The translations under genes and the position numbers were made by a program. A stretch of 64,000 nt of DNA, taken from positions 129,779-193,778 of IMG/VR virus record IMGVR_UViG_3300030107_007542; one strand, written 5' to 3'. The DNA is from a virus. Below the pieces are notes generated by a model, which ran no database searches, was not told the origin of the DNA, and worked only from the letters and a program-made list of their open reading frames with translations. Positions 17,462 through 27,454 of the stretch are shown piece by piece (the stretch's first letter is position 1; every line of letters begins with the position of its first letter).

Positions 17462-18121
17462 CTATAGCGTCAATAGCCACTCAATTGAATGGATAACTTC
17501 TTCTGCGTTATAACCGCGGTCTATATCTCTCAATACCATCTCTCGGTCGATGTAATAAAAAGTTGGCCACCCTGTAAGGGGCCATGGCCCGCCCGAGCTT
17601 TCTAGAATTGCTCGACTTGCACCGATTACCAAGGAATCGCTAAGACCATACTCCGCTCCCCATGCTGCTACATCAGCTTGGGTAGGAATATCTCCGTTTG
17701 CCGTCTCAATGAGAACTGTTATATATAGGAGGCCCGTGTCGGCATATAGATCCTGGACCTCTTCGGCATGCGCGGCTGCCAGTCTACAGGGTCCACACCA
17801 TCCAGTGGAGAAATCCAGGACAATCGGGCGCCCAAATTGAGCATACAATCCGAAGTTGTCTCCATTTTGGTCGGGCCCTGTGAGGTTGCAGGGGTGATCA
17901 CCCTCTACTCCAGAACAAGTGCTCCAAGTTATTGGACTTGGGGGCAGTAAGTCAAGTGGGTTGGTATCATGAATTGCTTCAAGAGTGGATAAAAAGACAT
18001 CATTTTCCACATTTGTCGGCGAAATATCCTTTTGTGGATCGATGGTTTTAAAATTATTGGCTTCTGGTGGCGTACAAGCGCTCGCGAGCAAACAAAATGC
18101 TGCTAAAAGTGTTCGTAACAT
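17462..18121 (-). CDS. TlpA/redoxin-family lipoprotein
   Basis: Lipobox LASAC; DFSTGWCGPC; WPTFYYID. Confidence 0.85.
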   Translation of the reverse strand: MLRTLLAAFCLLASACTPPEANNFKTIDPQKDISPTNVENDVFLSTLEAIHDTNPLDLLPPSPITWSTCSGVEGDHPCNLTGPDQNGDNFGLYAQFGRPIVLDFSTGWCGPCRLAAAHAEEVQDLYADTGLLYITVLIETANGDIPTQADVAAWGAEYGLSDSLVIGASRAILESSGGPWPLTGWPTFYYIDREMVLRDIDRGYNAEEVIHSIEWLLTL

Positions 18122-18170
18122 TATGAAATACCTCCTCTATTTAACTAGGGCGGTCAGTGAAGGGAACACT

Positions 18171-18338
18171 TTATCTTTTCGATTCTTTCTTTTTTATTGC
18201 TGGTTTAGCCTCAAAACAGCCGGTTGTTTCACACAATTTTTCCACTTTTTCTTTAATTGTATCAATTTTAGCCGTTAAGTCAGCCAACAAAGACGCTACA
18301 GACTCTGTATTCCTTTCTTTTTCCAATTTAGGGTCCAT
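18171..18338 (-). CDS. Hypothetical coiled-coil protein
   Basis: Start moved to MDPKLE. Confidence 0.45.
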   Translation of the reverse strand: MDPKLEKERNTESVASLLADLTAKIDTIKEKVEKLCETTGCFEAKPAIKKKESKR

Positions 18339-18339
18339 T

Positions 18340-19284
18340 TTATAGGTGCTCCAATGAGTTTTTAGTTTCTTCAAGTAAATTAGGCAAATCAAGACCAGCG
18401 CAATCTATTTTACTTTTAATAAAATTATAATGATTGCAAAATCCATGAAATTTACCATGCTGACATTCCTTGTTGACACTTGTATCAACAAATCCCTCGG
18501 TATTCTTAGGATATTCTAAGGGTATGCCGATTCCTAGGTGAACTGCCTCCCATAAAGCCTTCAGTGCTTGAATTTGAACGGGATAAAAGTCCAAAAACGG
18601 TTTTAAGGTTTGGCCGTGAACATATCCATGTTCTTGTAGAGGTCTTTCACCGAATCCTTGTTGTACATACCAGGATTGATACTTAGGATAATAGGCATTA
18701 CTAATTTCAACACCGATTCCTTTGGTATTTCCTCCTTCATATCGGGGAATCCCCGCATGCCACGCTTTATGTTGTGTATCCAAAGTTTGAAAGATTGTAC
18801 CATCGTTGTCGATGAGAAAATGAACAGAGATCCCCCTCTTGTTGAGAACACGAGAACATGACTCGGAAGACAAGCAAACATCCCAATGGTTAACAAACAT
18901 AGTCGGATTTCGATCAGTCTTGCCCGAATAATTCGTATAAGTACCGGGATTAGCCTTTAGACCCCCCTCTTCGTCCCAAAGTCGCACTTGCTTCCACTTA
19001 ATGGGGATAAAATTGCCATTATGAACAATATATTTGTCATCAGCCTTAAAAGGGCATCTTTTTGTCGGTATTTTATCCAACCAGTCGGAAATTTGAGATT
19101 CTCGTTCCGTCCAGACACGTCGATATGTCATAGGACCCACTAAGCCGTCAGCAGTAAGGTGATGTTGGCGTTGCCATTTCTTGACGGCATTTACCAAGTC
19201 ATTATCAAACTCTATGCATCCAAACCACGTAGGATCCCAGCCTAGGCTGTCAGCAGAGCTTTTATTATAAAAGTGTTTGTCCAT
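18340..19284 (-). CDS. Endolysin: peptidoglycan-binding domain plus amidase-2 (N-acetylmuramoyl-L-alanine amidase)
   Basis: AVKKWQ...LTADGLVGPMT; FVNHWD, SVHFLIDNDGTIFQ, AWHAG, GVEI, H...K.DCAG. Confidence 0.88.
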   Translation of the reverse strand: MDKHFYNKSSADSLGWDPTWFGCIEFDNDLVNAVKKWQRQHHLTADGLVGPMTYRRVWTERESQISDWLDKIPTKRCPFKADDKYIVHNGNFIPIKWKQVRLWDEEGGLKANPGTYTNYSGKTDRNPTMFVNHWDVCLSSESCSRVLNKRGISVHFLIDNDGTIFQTLDTQHKAWHAGIPRYEGGNTKGIGVEISNAYYPKYQSWYVQQGFGERPLQEHGYVHGQTLKPFLDFYPVQIQALKALWEAVHLGIGIPLEYPKNTEGFVDTSVNKECQHGKFHGFCNHYNFIKSKIDCAGLDLPNLLEETKNSLEHL

Positions 19285-19319
19285 GGGGTCCCTCTTCTAC
19301 AATAAATAGAACTAGGGGG

Positions 19320-19820
19320 TTATAAGTACTCTTTCCATTTGAGATTCACCTCACCTATGCGTTTTTTAATAATAGAACGATAGGTAGGTTTTTTTGGACG
19401 CTGAATTAGGGAAACTGGAGCATTTTCAACAAGATAATCACGTTTTTTCTGGTTGCAGGGCTTGCATGCGGCTACTAGATTGTTCCATTGTGATATACCG
19501 CCTTTAGATTTAGGAATGACATGATCAAGGGTTAGATCTGCTTCACGAAAGTACTTGGCGCAATATTGGCATCGATTTTCGTCTCTGGCGAGAATATTTT
19601 TTCGTGTACAAGGTAAAGTAAAGAATTTTTCATCAATAAAGCGCTTTAAAACAATAACAGAAGGGATTTGGAATGCTCTTGTGGCAGAATGAACCCATTT
19701 ATCGGTATATTCGACAGCCCAGGCCTTTTTAAGCCATGTTAGGACAACTGCTTCCTCCCAGCTAATGACTTCGATGGGTTTGAACGACGAATCGAGTTTT
19801 AGGACTGTGATGTTGTCCAT
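19320..19820 (-). CDS. HNH endonuclease (McrA-like)
   Basis: RKNILARD..RCQYC, LTLDHVIPKSKGG, WNNLVAACKPCN. Confidence 0.92.
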   Translation of the reverse strand: MDNITVLKLDSSFKPIEVISWEEAVVLTWLKKAWAVEYTDKWVHSATRAFQIPSVIVLKRFIDEKFFTLPCTRKNILARDENRCQYCAKYFREADLTLDHVIPKSKGGISQWNNLVAACKPCNQKKRDYLVENAPVSLIQRPKKPTYRSIIKKRIGEVNLKWKEYL

Positions 19821-19931
19821 TTTACTCCTAAAAATTATTAACGAGGGGTGCTCTCTTTATAAATAGAGGATATTTTGTCGATAAACATGAATAGATGTCG
19901 CCCCGCGCACGGAAAATATTAAGAAAAGGGC

Positions 19932-19960
19932 TTGCAATCTTGCCATAAGTCGATTATAAT
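19932..19960 (+). promoter_or_regulatory. sigma70-type promoter of the yeaH-spoVR-prkA operon
   Basis: TTGCAA-17 nt-TATAAT, 52 nt upstream of the ATG at 20013. Confidence 0.7.
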
Positions 19961-20012
19961 ATGAAAGAGATTAAAACTAAACAGTTTTGTCGGGTATCAA
20001 GGTAATTAGTGT

Positions 20013-21257
20013 ATGAGCGTCTTCCGTAAACACAAATCCATCGTCGATCGCGCCGCATCCGATCGGACGCGTCACAAAAAAAAGATTGACAAGGCAATTA
20101 AAGAGTCAATTAAAGATGTGGTGGCCGAAGAATCCATTATTGGACAAAATGGCAAGAAAAAGATCCGTATTCCGGTAAAAGGGATCAAAGAATATCGTTT
20201 TATCTACGGAAATAACGAAAAAAACCAGTCTGTTGGCTCTGGAGGGGATCATACTCTTAAAAGAGGTCAGAAAATCGGTGGCAAACGCGCCAAGAAGGGC
20301 CAAGGCCAAGGCCAAGGGAAAGCTAGCAATGAGCGCGGCGAGGAGTACTACGACGTAGAGATTACCCTAGAGGAATTAGCTGAATACCTCTTCAATGACC
20401 TTAATTTGCCCGATTTGGAGAAAAAACAGTTCCGTTTCATCACACAAGAGTCTATAAAGCGCAAAGGATACCGCTTTCAGGGCATTCGGCCGCGGCTCTC
20501 TAAAAAAGAGACCATTAAAAGGAAGATTCGACGTCGAAAACGCGCTGAAAAGGCCGGTACCTATGATCCAGAGGGTGACGAGCGCTTTCCTTTTCACAAA
20601 GATGACCTGAAATATCACCATATTAAGCCCAAATCGAAAGAAAACAGTGCAGCAGTCATCTTTTTTCTCATGGACGTGTCGGGATCTATGTCTCAGGACC
20701 GAAAATTCCTTGCAAGGAGCTTCTTTTTCCTCTTATATCAGTTTCTAAACCATAAATACGAGAAATTAGATGTTGTTTTCATCTCTCACAGTACATATGC
20801 AGAGCGTGTTAACGAAAATGACTTCTTTCGGGTGGCCTCAAACGGCGGAACTCTGATTTCAAGCGCTTTGGACAAAGAATTAGAAATAATTGACAAAGAA
20901 TATCACCCAAATGCCTGGAATATTTATACTTTTTACTGTGGCGATGGTGAAAATTGGGCATCTGACAACGAAAAAGCTGTTGATGACTTTAAAAAGATTA
21001 AAGAGGTTAACCAATTGGTAGGATATTGTGAAATTAATGAAAATTATTCGGGACTTGCGGACACAGATGACAATCCCTCCACCTGGACGGGGCTCCCATG
21101 GGGTACTTTTTCGGCATGGAAAAACGAAGAGCCCGATAATCTATGGTCCAATTTAAATCCTATATGTGACAGCTCATTCAAACGAATTATGATTGGAAGC
21201 ACGGACCATATATGGCAAGCCTTTACATATCTATTTGGAGGAGGCTCTAATGAGTAA
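20013..21257 (+). CDS. yeaH: YeaH/YhbH (DUF444) VWA-like protein
   Basis: DRTRHKKKI...EESII...IRIPVKGIKEYRF; MIDAS-like MDVSGSM; GGTLISSA; GDGEN. Confidence 0.92.
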   Translation: MSVFRKHKSIVDRAASDRTRHKKKIDKAIKESIKDVVAEESIIGQNGKKKIRIPVKGIKEYRFIYGNNEKNQSVGSGGDHTLKRGQKIGGKRAKKGQGQGQGKASNERGEEYYDVEITLEELAEYLFNDLNLPDLEKKQFRFITQESIKRKGYRFQGIRPRLSKKETIKRKIRRRKRAEKAGTYDPEGDERFPFHKDDLKYHHIKPKSKENSAAVIFFLMDVSGSMSQDRKFLARSFFFLLYQFLNHKYEKLDVVFISHSTYAERVNENDFFRVASNGGTLISSALDKELEIIDKEYHPNAWNIYTFYCGDGENWASDNEKAVDDFKKIKEVNQLVGYCEINENYSGLADTDDNPSTWTGLPWGTFSAWKNEEPDNLWSNLNPICDSSFKRIMIGSTDHIWQAFTYLFGGGSNE

Positions 21258-22557
21258 TTGGACAGTTGGCGACCTGGAGATGTGGGACAACAAAATATGC
21301 AAGGTTGCTACAGATTTTGATCTAGATTGGTTCCCCATCGACTATGAAATCATAGATTATCAAGAAATGCTGGGAGCTATGGCTTATACTGGTATTCCGA
21401 CCCACTACCGCCACTGGTCCTATGGAAAAGAATACGAGCGCACACATACTCTTTATAACATGGGGCAGACTGGTCTTCCCTATGAGATGATCATCAATTC
21501 TAACCCGAGTATTGCATACCTGATGCGTGAAAATCCTTTGTACATTCACGTACTGACGATGGCACACTGTGTGGGACATAGTGACTTTTTTAAACAAAAT
21601 CGCATGTTTGCCCACACCAATCCCGACAACGTCATGAGTACTTTTAAGGCAGCTGCAAAGTATGTTAGGCAGCTTATTGAGGATCCTTCAATTGGAATTG
21701 AAAAGGTTGAGCGCATTCTGGATGCTGCACATGCCATTAAATACCAGGTCCCGCGCTATCCTGGGATCACTTATAAAACAAGAGAAGAGTGGGTGGCGAT
21801 CGAGCGTAAAAAACAACAGAAAGATCCCACCTATCAAGTAGATCTAAAAAAATACCCTCATGAGCCAGAGTATAACCTACTGCTTTTTATAGCCAACAAT
21901 AGTCGAAACCTTGAAGACTGGGAACGAAACTTATTGATGATCGTAGAAGAAAACTCACAGTATTTCATTCCTCAGGCACTTACGAAGATAATGAATGAGG
22001 GGTGGGCTTGCACTATTCATCAAAAGATTATCAATGAATTGAATCTTCCGGACAAGCTATATTTACCCTTTATTAAATTACACAACCAAGTGGTACGCCC
22101 CCACTTGGGTACTGTCAATCCTTACCATTTAGGGTTTGAATTATTCAAGAAGATTATCGAAGAGCACGGTTTTGAAGAAGCGATGCTAATTCGCGAAACA
22201 CATAATGATATTACCTTTTTGAGAACCTATTTAGATCAAGAGTTTCTTATGGATCAAAATCTTTTTAGTTATTCATTTAAATCGGCTTACAAATCAAGTA
22301 CAATTGATGATATATCAGATGAAGGTGGCTGGGAGCGCATCAGGGATGCTCTTATCTCTAACGTAGGGTTGAACCGCGTACCTGTTGTGTTTGTAATGGA
22401 AATGAATAAGGATCACAAATTAACCTTAGTTCATGAACATGATGGTAGAGATCTAGATGTGCCTTATGCACAAAAAGTTTTTGATTACATAAAAGACCTT
22501 TGGGGAGATGAGATAGTACTTCTCTCTCAGATAGAGGGCGAAACATGGGAGTTTTAG
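21250..22557 (+). CDS. spoVR: SpoVR family protein
   Basis: YTGIPTHYRHWSYGK, PYEMIINSNP, AHCVGHSDFF, KIMNEGWA, NPYHLG; start moved to MSNWTV. Confidence 0.93.
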   Translation: MSNWTVGDLEMWDNKICKVATDFDLDWFPIDYEIIDYQEMLGAMAYTGIPTHYRHWSYGKEYERTHTLYNMGQTGLPYEMIINSNPSIAYLMRENPLYIHVLTMAHCVGHSDFFKQNRMFAHTNPDNVMSTFKAAAKYVRQLIEDPSIGIEKVERILDAAHAIKYQVPRYPGITYKTREEWVAIERKKQQKDPTYQVDLKKYPHEPEYNLLLFIANNSRNLEDWERNLLMIVEENSQYFIPQALTKIMNEGWACTIHQKIINELNLPDKLYLPFIKLHNQVVRPHLGTVNPYHLGFELFKKIIEEHGFEEAMLIRETHNDITFLRTYLDQEFLMDQNLFSYSFKSAYKSSTIDDISDEGGWERIRDALISNVGLNRVPVVFVMEMNKDHKLTLVHEHDGRDLDVPYAQKVFDYIKDLWGDEIVLLSQIEGETWEF

Positions 22558-22558
22558 C

Positions 22559-24493
22559 ATGGGAGTAACAAACAAGTTTCTGGAAACGATCCAGGCACAC
22601 AAGGAGGGCGCCAAAAAAGAAAAGTTTGATGGCCTTCTCCAAGATTACTTAGAACTTATTGAAAACGGCGACGTCAAGCCGGTATTGGCTCACAAGCGCC
22701 TGTACGATGGCATCCTCTCGTATGGCATGGAGACGCTAGACGAGTCTGACAGTCGATGCAATAAGATCTTCGACGGCGAGCCAGTGCGTATTTATGATTA
22801 TTTTGCATCTCAATTCTTTGGCATGGAGCGCTCTTTAGAGAAAGTAATGCGATTCCTCCATTCTGCTGCCATGAAGGGAGAGGAAAGTCGACAGGTCTTG
22901 CTACTTCTGGGCCCTGTAGGCGCCGGAAAGTCAGCTCTCGTAGAACACATCAAGAGCGCCCTGGAGAAGCTTGACCCGGTTTATACTCTCAAGGGTTGTC
23001 CAATTCAAGAAGAGCCGCTCCACTTGATCCCTCGCTCTCTAAGAGCAGAGTTTGAGGAGTTGTACAACGTCAAGATTGAAGGAGACCTTTGCCCGGTCTG
23101 TCGACACCGACTTTTAAAAGAATACGAGGGGGACTACACACGATTTCCCATTACTGAGGTCTCATTCTCAATTCGCGGCCGTAAGGGTGTCGGCGTCGTG
23201 CCTCCCATGGATCCGAACACTCAAGACACAAGCCTCCTCATTGGCTCCGAAGATATTTCAAAACTAGATCTCTATCCGGAGGACGACCCCCGCGTACTTA
23301 GCCTTAATGGTGCTTTTAATGTAGGTAATCGAGGTATCGTCGAGTTTGTCGAGGTCTTTAAAAACGAAATTGAATTCCTTCATACCATGATCACAGCCAC
23401 GCAGGAAAAGAGTGTTCCATCGCCAGGCAAACAGGCTATGATTTATTTTGATGGCGTCATTCTAGCTCACTGTAATGAAGCAGAGTGGAACAAGTTTAAA
23501 TCTGAACATACCAACGAAGCTATCCTGGATCGAATTGTGAGGGTGAATGTTCCTTACTGTTTAGAGTACGAGCAGGAAGTAAAGATTTATGAAAAGCTCC
23601 TTGGCCGCTCAGATTATCGGTGTCATATCGCGCCGCACACACTAGAGGTAGCCGCAATGTTCGCTGTTCTGTCGCGACTACACTCCTCCAATAAAGCTGA
23701 CCCCTTGACCAAGATGAAAATCTACAACGGTGAGGAAATCATTGAAAAGGGTCTCATTCGTAAAATTGATATTAAAGATCTTCGTGAAGAAGTAGAAGAC
23801 GAAGGAATGACAGGAATCTCTACTCGCTTTATCATGAAAGCCATTGATGCCGCACTAGCCGACTCCACTAAAGATATGATCACTCCCATATCGATTCGGG
23901 ATGCTCTGATTAAACAGGTAAAAGAACAGATTACCAATTCGGACGCCAAGAAGACATATCTCTCATATCTTCAGAAAACACTTCATGAGGAATATCTAAC
24001 AATCCTTGAGAAGGAAATTACCAAGGCATTTGTTACAGCTTATGAAGAGCAAGCTGAGTCCCTCTTTAACAACTACCTTGATCACGCCGAGGCCTATGTT
24101 AATAACACCAAGGTAAAGGATAAAGTTACCAGCGAAGACATGGAACCCGATGAGAAGTTCCTCCAATCAATTGAGGAGCAGATCGGCATTAAGGGTTCTG
24201 CCAAGAACAACTTCCGAGCTGACATTACCTCCTACATGTTTTCAAAGTTGCGGCGAGGAGAAGCAATTGACTGGCGTTCTTATGGTCCTCTAAGGGAGGC
24301 GATTGAAACAAAGCTTGTTGCATCGGTGCGAGACATTTCTCGAATTATCACAAAGTCTAAGTCGCGCGATACCAAGCAGCAACGTAAGTTCAGCTCAATG
24401 GTTCAGACCTTAATTGACAATTATGGTTATAATGAAGATTCAGCCGAAGAAGTGATAAAGTTTGCTAGCAACAATCTTTGGAGAGACTCTTAA
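22559..24493 (+). CDS. prkA: PrkA/YeaG AAA+ serine protein kinase family
   Basis: LLLLGPVGAGKS, CPIQEEPL, NRGIVEFVEVFK, EAILDRI, EGMTGISTRF. Confidence 0.95.
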   Translation: MGVTNKFLETIQAHKEGAKKEKFDGLLQDYLELIENGDVKPVLAHKRLYDGILSYGMETLDESDSRCNKIFDGEPVRIYDYFASQFFGMERSLEKVMRFLHSAAMKGEESRQVLLLLGPVGAGKSALVEHIKSALEKLDPVYTLKGCPIQEEPLHLIPRSLRAEFEELYNVKIEGDLCPVCRHRLLKEYEGDYTRFPITEVSFSIRGRKGVGVVPPMDPNTQDTSLLIGSEDISKLDLYPEDDPRVLSLNGAFNVGNRGIVEFVEVFKNEIEFLHTMITATQEKSVPSPGKQAMIYFDGVILAHCNEAEWNKFKSEHTNEAILDRIVRVNVPYCLEYEQEVKIYEKLLGRSDYRCHIAPHTLEVAAMFAVLSRLHSSNKADPLTKMKIYNGEEIIEKGLIRKIDIKDLREEVEDEGMTGISTRFIMKAIDAALADSTKDMITPISIRDALIKQVKEQITNSDAKKTYLSYLQKTLHEEYLTILEKEITKAFVTAYEEQAESLFNNYLDHAEAYVNNTKVKDKVTSEDMEPDEKFLQSIEEQIGIKGSAKNNFRADITSYMFSKLRRGEAIDWRSYGPLREAIETKLVASVRDISRIITKSKSRDTKQQRKFSSMVQTLIDNYGYNEDSAEEVIKFASNNLWRDS

Positions 24494-24894
24494 GAGAAAT
24501 CGGCGGTTTGTTTGCGATACTTCTGTCGCACCTTTTGCGAAATGGGAATAGCTTCCCCGTCACCATCAATTCGTACAAAGGTCATTTGCGTACTAACCAC
24601 AGAGCGTTGTGTACCATTATACACCGAATGCCTTCTGGCTTCCATGTTTAATGTAAGAGAAGTTTTCCCCACCTTAGCAACCTCTCCGTAGATTTTAATA
24701 ATCTGTCCTGGTCGACATGGCTTTTCAAAGGTAAGACTACCAATGTGCTTAGTAACCATTCTAGGGGTATCGGCCGCCTGAGCTGCAAAAGCCGCGGCAG
24801 CCTCATCAAGCCACGCAAGCATTACTCCGCCAAAAAGGTTTCCATGGTACCCTACGTCTTGAGTCTTAACAAAGTGTGTTGAAATTAGTTCCAT
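24490..24894 (-). CDS. Acyl-CoA thioesterase (hotdog fold)
   Basis: D.GYHGNLFGG.MLAWLDEAA, FVRID..G. Confidence 0.88.
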   Translation of the reverse strand: MELISTHFVKTQDVGYHGNLFGGVMLAWLDEAAAAFAAQAADTPRMVTKHIGSLTFEKPCRPGQIIKIYGEVAKVGKTSLTLNMEARRHSVYNGTQRSVVSTQMTFVRIDGDGEAIPISQKVRQKYRKQTADFS

Positions 24895-25086
24895 TTAGCT
24901 AGTCGTTTCTGGATTCTTGCCTAATACAATAAGGCCTGAGCGCTTACTCCACTCATATGAATGGTGAGGCGCGGTCCAACGAACCCGAATCCATGGGTCC
25001 TTCGGATCGAGATCGCCGAAAATATCGACAACAAATCCTATCCTTTTTTCAAATCGTGTTGATTGCACAAGGTCGCCTATCTGCAT
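24895..25086 (-). CDS. SH3/KOW-like 'IGDLV' microprotein
   Basis: MQIGDLVQ...IGFVVD...VRW. Confidence 0.6.
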   Translation of the reverse strand: MQIGDLVQSTRFEKRIGFVVDIFGDLDPKDPWIRVRWTAPHHSYEWSKRSGLIVLGKNPETTS

Positions 25087-25110
25087 ACACTAAATAGCTA
25101 CATCGAGTCG

Positions 25111-25545
25111 TTAATGGAAAGTATTATCATCAGAGTCCGTATTAAAAAGATCTGTCATGAGAGAGGCTGAGGGATCCGACGAAGGAACATCAGAATCGTT
25201 TAGCGCCAAGACAAGATCTTGAGTATTGACATCGACGTAAACCGCCACATAAGATGCTTTATCGAGCGTTTCGAAATCGTGAGAAGTAAGACGAACGGCC
25301 CCCATCTTTTTAATAAGGACAGTTACAATGGTAGCCAACAGGGCCGGCTCAGCCAGTAGATCCGAAACATCCGGACTCGGTAATTTTTTTGCGGTAGTTT
25401 TTTTGAGAGTAGCTAAGCTTTTGTCTAATTCTTCTCCCACTTCCACCAAAAGGGCCCGTTGACGATTGAATTGTATCGCTCGGACGCAGAAGAAAAGAAT
25501 TGATAGGACTAAGAAAACAAGAAGTCCGACATTGATGGCAGTCAC
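25111..25545 (-). CDS. Hypothetical membrane-anchored protein
   Basis: GTG start, N-terminal TM. Confidence 0.55.
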   Translation of the reverse strand: MTAINVGLLVFLVLSILFFCVRAIQFNRQRALLVEVGEELDKSLATLKKTTAKKLPSPDVSDLLAEPALLATIVTVLIKKMGAVRLTSHDFETLDKASYVAVYVDVNTQDLVLALNDSDVPSSDPSASLMTDLFNTDSDDNTFH

Positions 25546-26000
25546 AGTGGTGCTCCTAAAGGTACATAGTCAAAAATCCGCGATTTTTTTATCGCAAAAT
25601 TTTTCCCCACCCGCATTCACAGTATACCGGATTAATACCGGTGATTAAAGTGAATACCAGCACATATCTCCCAGAATAAGATATAAACCGACACAGTGTA
25701 GATGGTTGTCCCAAACATGTTTTGACCGCCAAGACTAAAAAGAATACCTAAGTTCACTTGGGCGCCCTTAGAGACAGACAGGAAAGGGCGTATCATCGTC
25801 TAAAAAAGCACAGTAAGTATGCGCGCCCCAGATCCAACAATAATGGCACAGCAGAGCCAGAACACAACGTAAGTAACATCTTCATGTGATTTCAAGAATG
25901 CGCGCATAACAGACATAAGTAGGCGTTATTATAACATATCACCCAATTAATGTGTTGTGGAGATATGCACGAGTTGTGCCAAAATCACGAAAAGGCGAAA

Positions 26001-26294
26001 TTAGTCCCCAGAATCCTTACGCCGGCGAGTTCTGAATCGGTCTAGGCGCGTTCTCCTGCTTTGCGCGCGGAGGGATTGCTTAGGATACATGCTGAAGAAT
26101 GCTTCCCGGGCCTCGTCGACAGTTGGTAGCTCAGCTGGAAACTCCCCTAATTGATCAGAATCGTCGTTTTGATTAGGGTTCGCCTTAGGGGAGGTAACCT
26201 TCCTAGCCGCTCTCCACGCAAAGTAGACCAGTAGGCCTCCCGGTATCAGTACCGCGGCGATAAACGCTAGTGTGTGGACGACCGGATTCGTCAT
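26001..26294 (-). CDS. Hypothetical membrane protein
   Basis: N-terminal TM, basic C-terminus. Confidence 0.55.
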   Translation of the reverse strand: MTNPVVHTLAFIAAVLIPGGLLVYFAWRAARKVTSPKANPNQNDDSDQLGEFPAELPTVDEAREAFFSMYPKQSLRAQSRRTRLDRFRTRRRKDSGD

Positions 26295-26305
26295 TGCGTC
26301 TCATT

Positions 26306-26452
26306 CTACCCCCGCTTCTTCACCTGCTCGACTAGTGGCTCTATGACTGTGGTCCATCCCACTTGCATCATGCCTGCTATAGCGAAGATCCATAGGATGC
26401 TTAAGCCCGTCATACCGGCCACGATCAGTACTTCCTGTAATATGTCTGTCAT
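26306..26452 (-). CDS. Small hydrophobic peptide (48 aa)
   Basis: Manual translation MTDILQEVLIVAGMTGLSILWIFAIAGMMQVGW... Confidence 0.45.
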   Translation of the reverse strand: MTDILQEVLIVAGMTGLSILWIFAIAGMMQVGWTTVIEPLVEQVKKRG

Positions 26453-26579
26453 ATCCTAATTATGGCGCTATCAAGCTTAATTTTGCTTATTTTCGAAAAA
26501 GTCTCAAAAAATGGGCCGCGTATCATGAACGTACTTAGGGCATTACTTACGACCCGGTTAGTTGCATGGCACATACATT

Positions 26580-26610
26580 GGGGGCACCAGGGGGGAGGGG
26601 GGGTCCCCCC
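26580..26610. other. G5-CACCA-G6-A-G7-T-C6 homopolymer tract in an intergenic gap
   Basis: Read directly from the sequence. Confidence 0.8.
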
Positions 26611-26701
26611 TATATGTCAAGAAGTTGTCATGTGATTATTTATATCTTTTGACACTCACACTGTGAGTTGTTTGTGTGTGCGTAGTAACTCACGCGAATA
26701 C

Positions 26702-26727
26702 AAAAAAGCCCCGGACAATGCCGGGGC
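26702..26727 (-). terminator. Intrinsic terminator
   Basis: GCCCCGG-CATTGT-CCGGGGC followed by T6 on the minus strand. Confidence 0.8.
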
Positions 26728-26749
26728 AATCTTGCGCGTGACTCACGGG

Positions 26750-27163
26750 CTACTTGTTGTAGCCTCGCTTGTGCAGGACCATAGCGCGGATGTTAAGCTC
26801 GACAGACGCGACCTCATCAGCCGCGAGAAGCTGGGCATTCTCCACGCACTGGCGAAGCTCCTGGACCTTAGCGACGTTCGACGGGTCAACGCCAACGAGC
26901 GCACAAGCCGCGATTGCACCGTCCAGCTTAGACTGAGCAGCCGCAACCTGCGAAGCTGCATCAGCACCGGACGCGGTGAAGTCCAGGTCACGGCGCACGG
27001 AAGCCTTGACGGCTTTGACGGTCGCGGGCTTGCCGTTAAGCATGAGCGCGGAACCCTCGGGGTTCAAGTCGGCGTGGGAGTCTTGAATAAAAGTGAACGC
27101 CGTTCCGATGTTGGAGAATGCGAGGGTCATGTCGGCGGCGGTTGCAAGAAAAATCGTGGTCAT
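26750..27163 (-). CDS. Hypothetical Ala-rich protein, probably highly expressed
   Basis: AAAGGA RBS before MTTIFL; own promoter and terminator. Confidence 0.65.
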   Translation of the reverse strand: MTTIFLATAADMTLAFSNIGTAFTFIQDSHADLNPEGSALMLNGKPATVKAVKASVRRDLDFTASGADAASQVAAAQSKLDGAIAACALVGVDPSNVAKVQELRQCVENAQLLAADEVASVELNIRAMVLHKRGYNK

Positions 27164-27217
27164 TTTATTGTGTCCTTTCAAGACAGTTGGAGCATTCAGC
27201 GCCCCTTCATTGTTTAT

Positions 27218-27246
27218 ATAATACCTGACAGAGCCGGGAAAGTCAA
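27218..27246 (-). promoter_or_regulatory. sigma70-type promoter
   Basis: TTGACT-17-TATTAT. Confidence 0.65.
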
Positions 27247-27454
27247 CACTTTTCTTGTCAAGAGTTTGCAAACTGTTTGTCAGCCCCTTGCGCGTGTTGT
27301 TGTTGTGTCGTTCCCTCATCGTCATACAAGTATTGTACCCGAAAAAATCCCTTTTGTATCGGGCATTATTGTGCCCGGTTGATTGGGGTCGCGGATACTT
27401 GTGGGATGCAAGCACCGTGAGCTTTTGATTAGTTGTATGTTGCAACCGTAACAA

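Noticed and set aside
19320-19820. HNH as a homing endonuclease that mobilised the prkA operon
   Set aside because: It looks like a stand-alone McrA-type HNH without a NUMOD/IENR DNA-binding tail; adjacency alone is not evidence.
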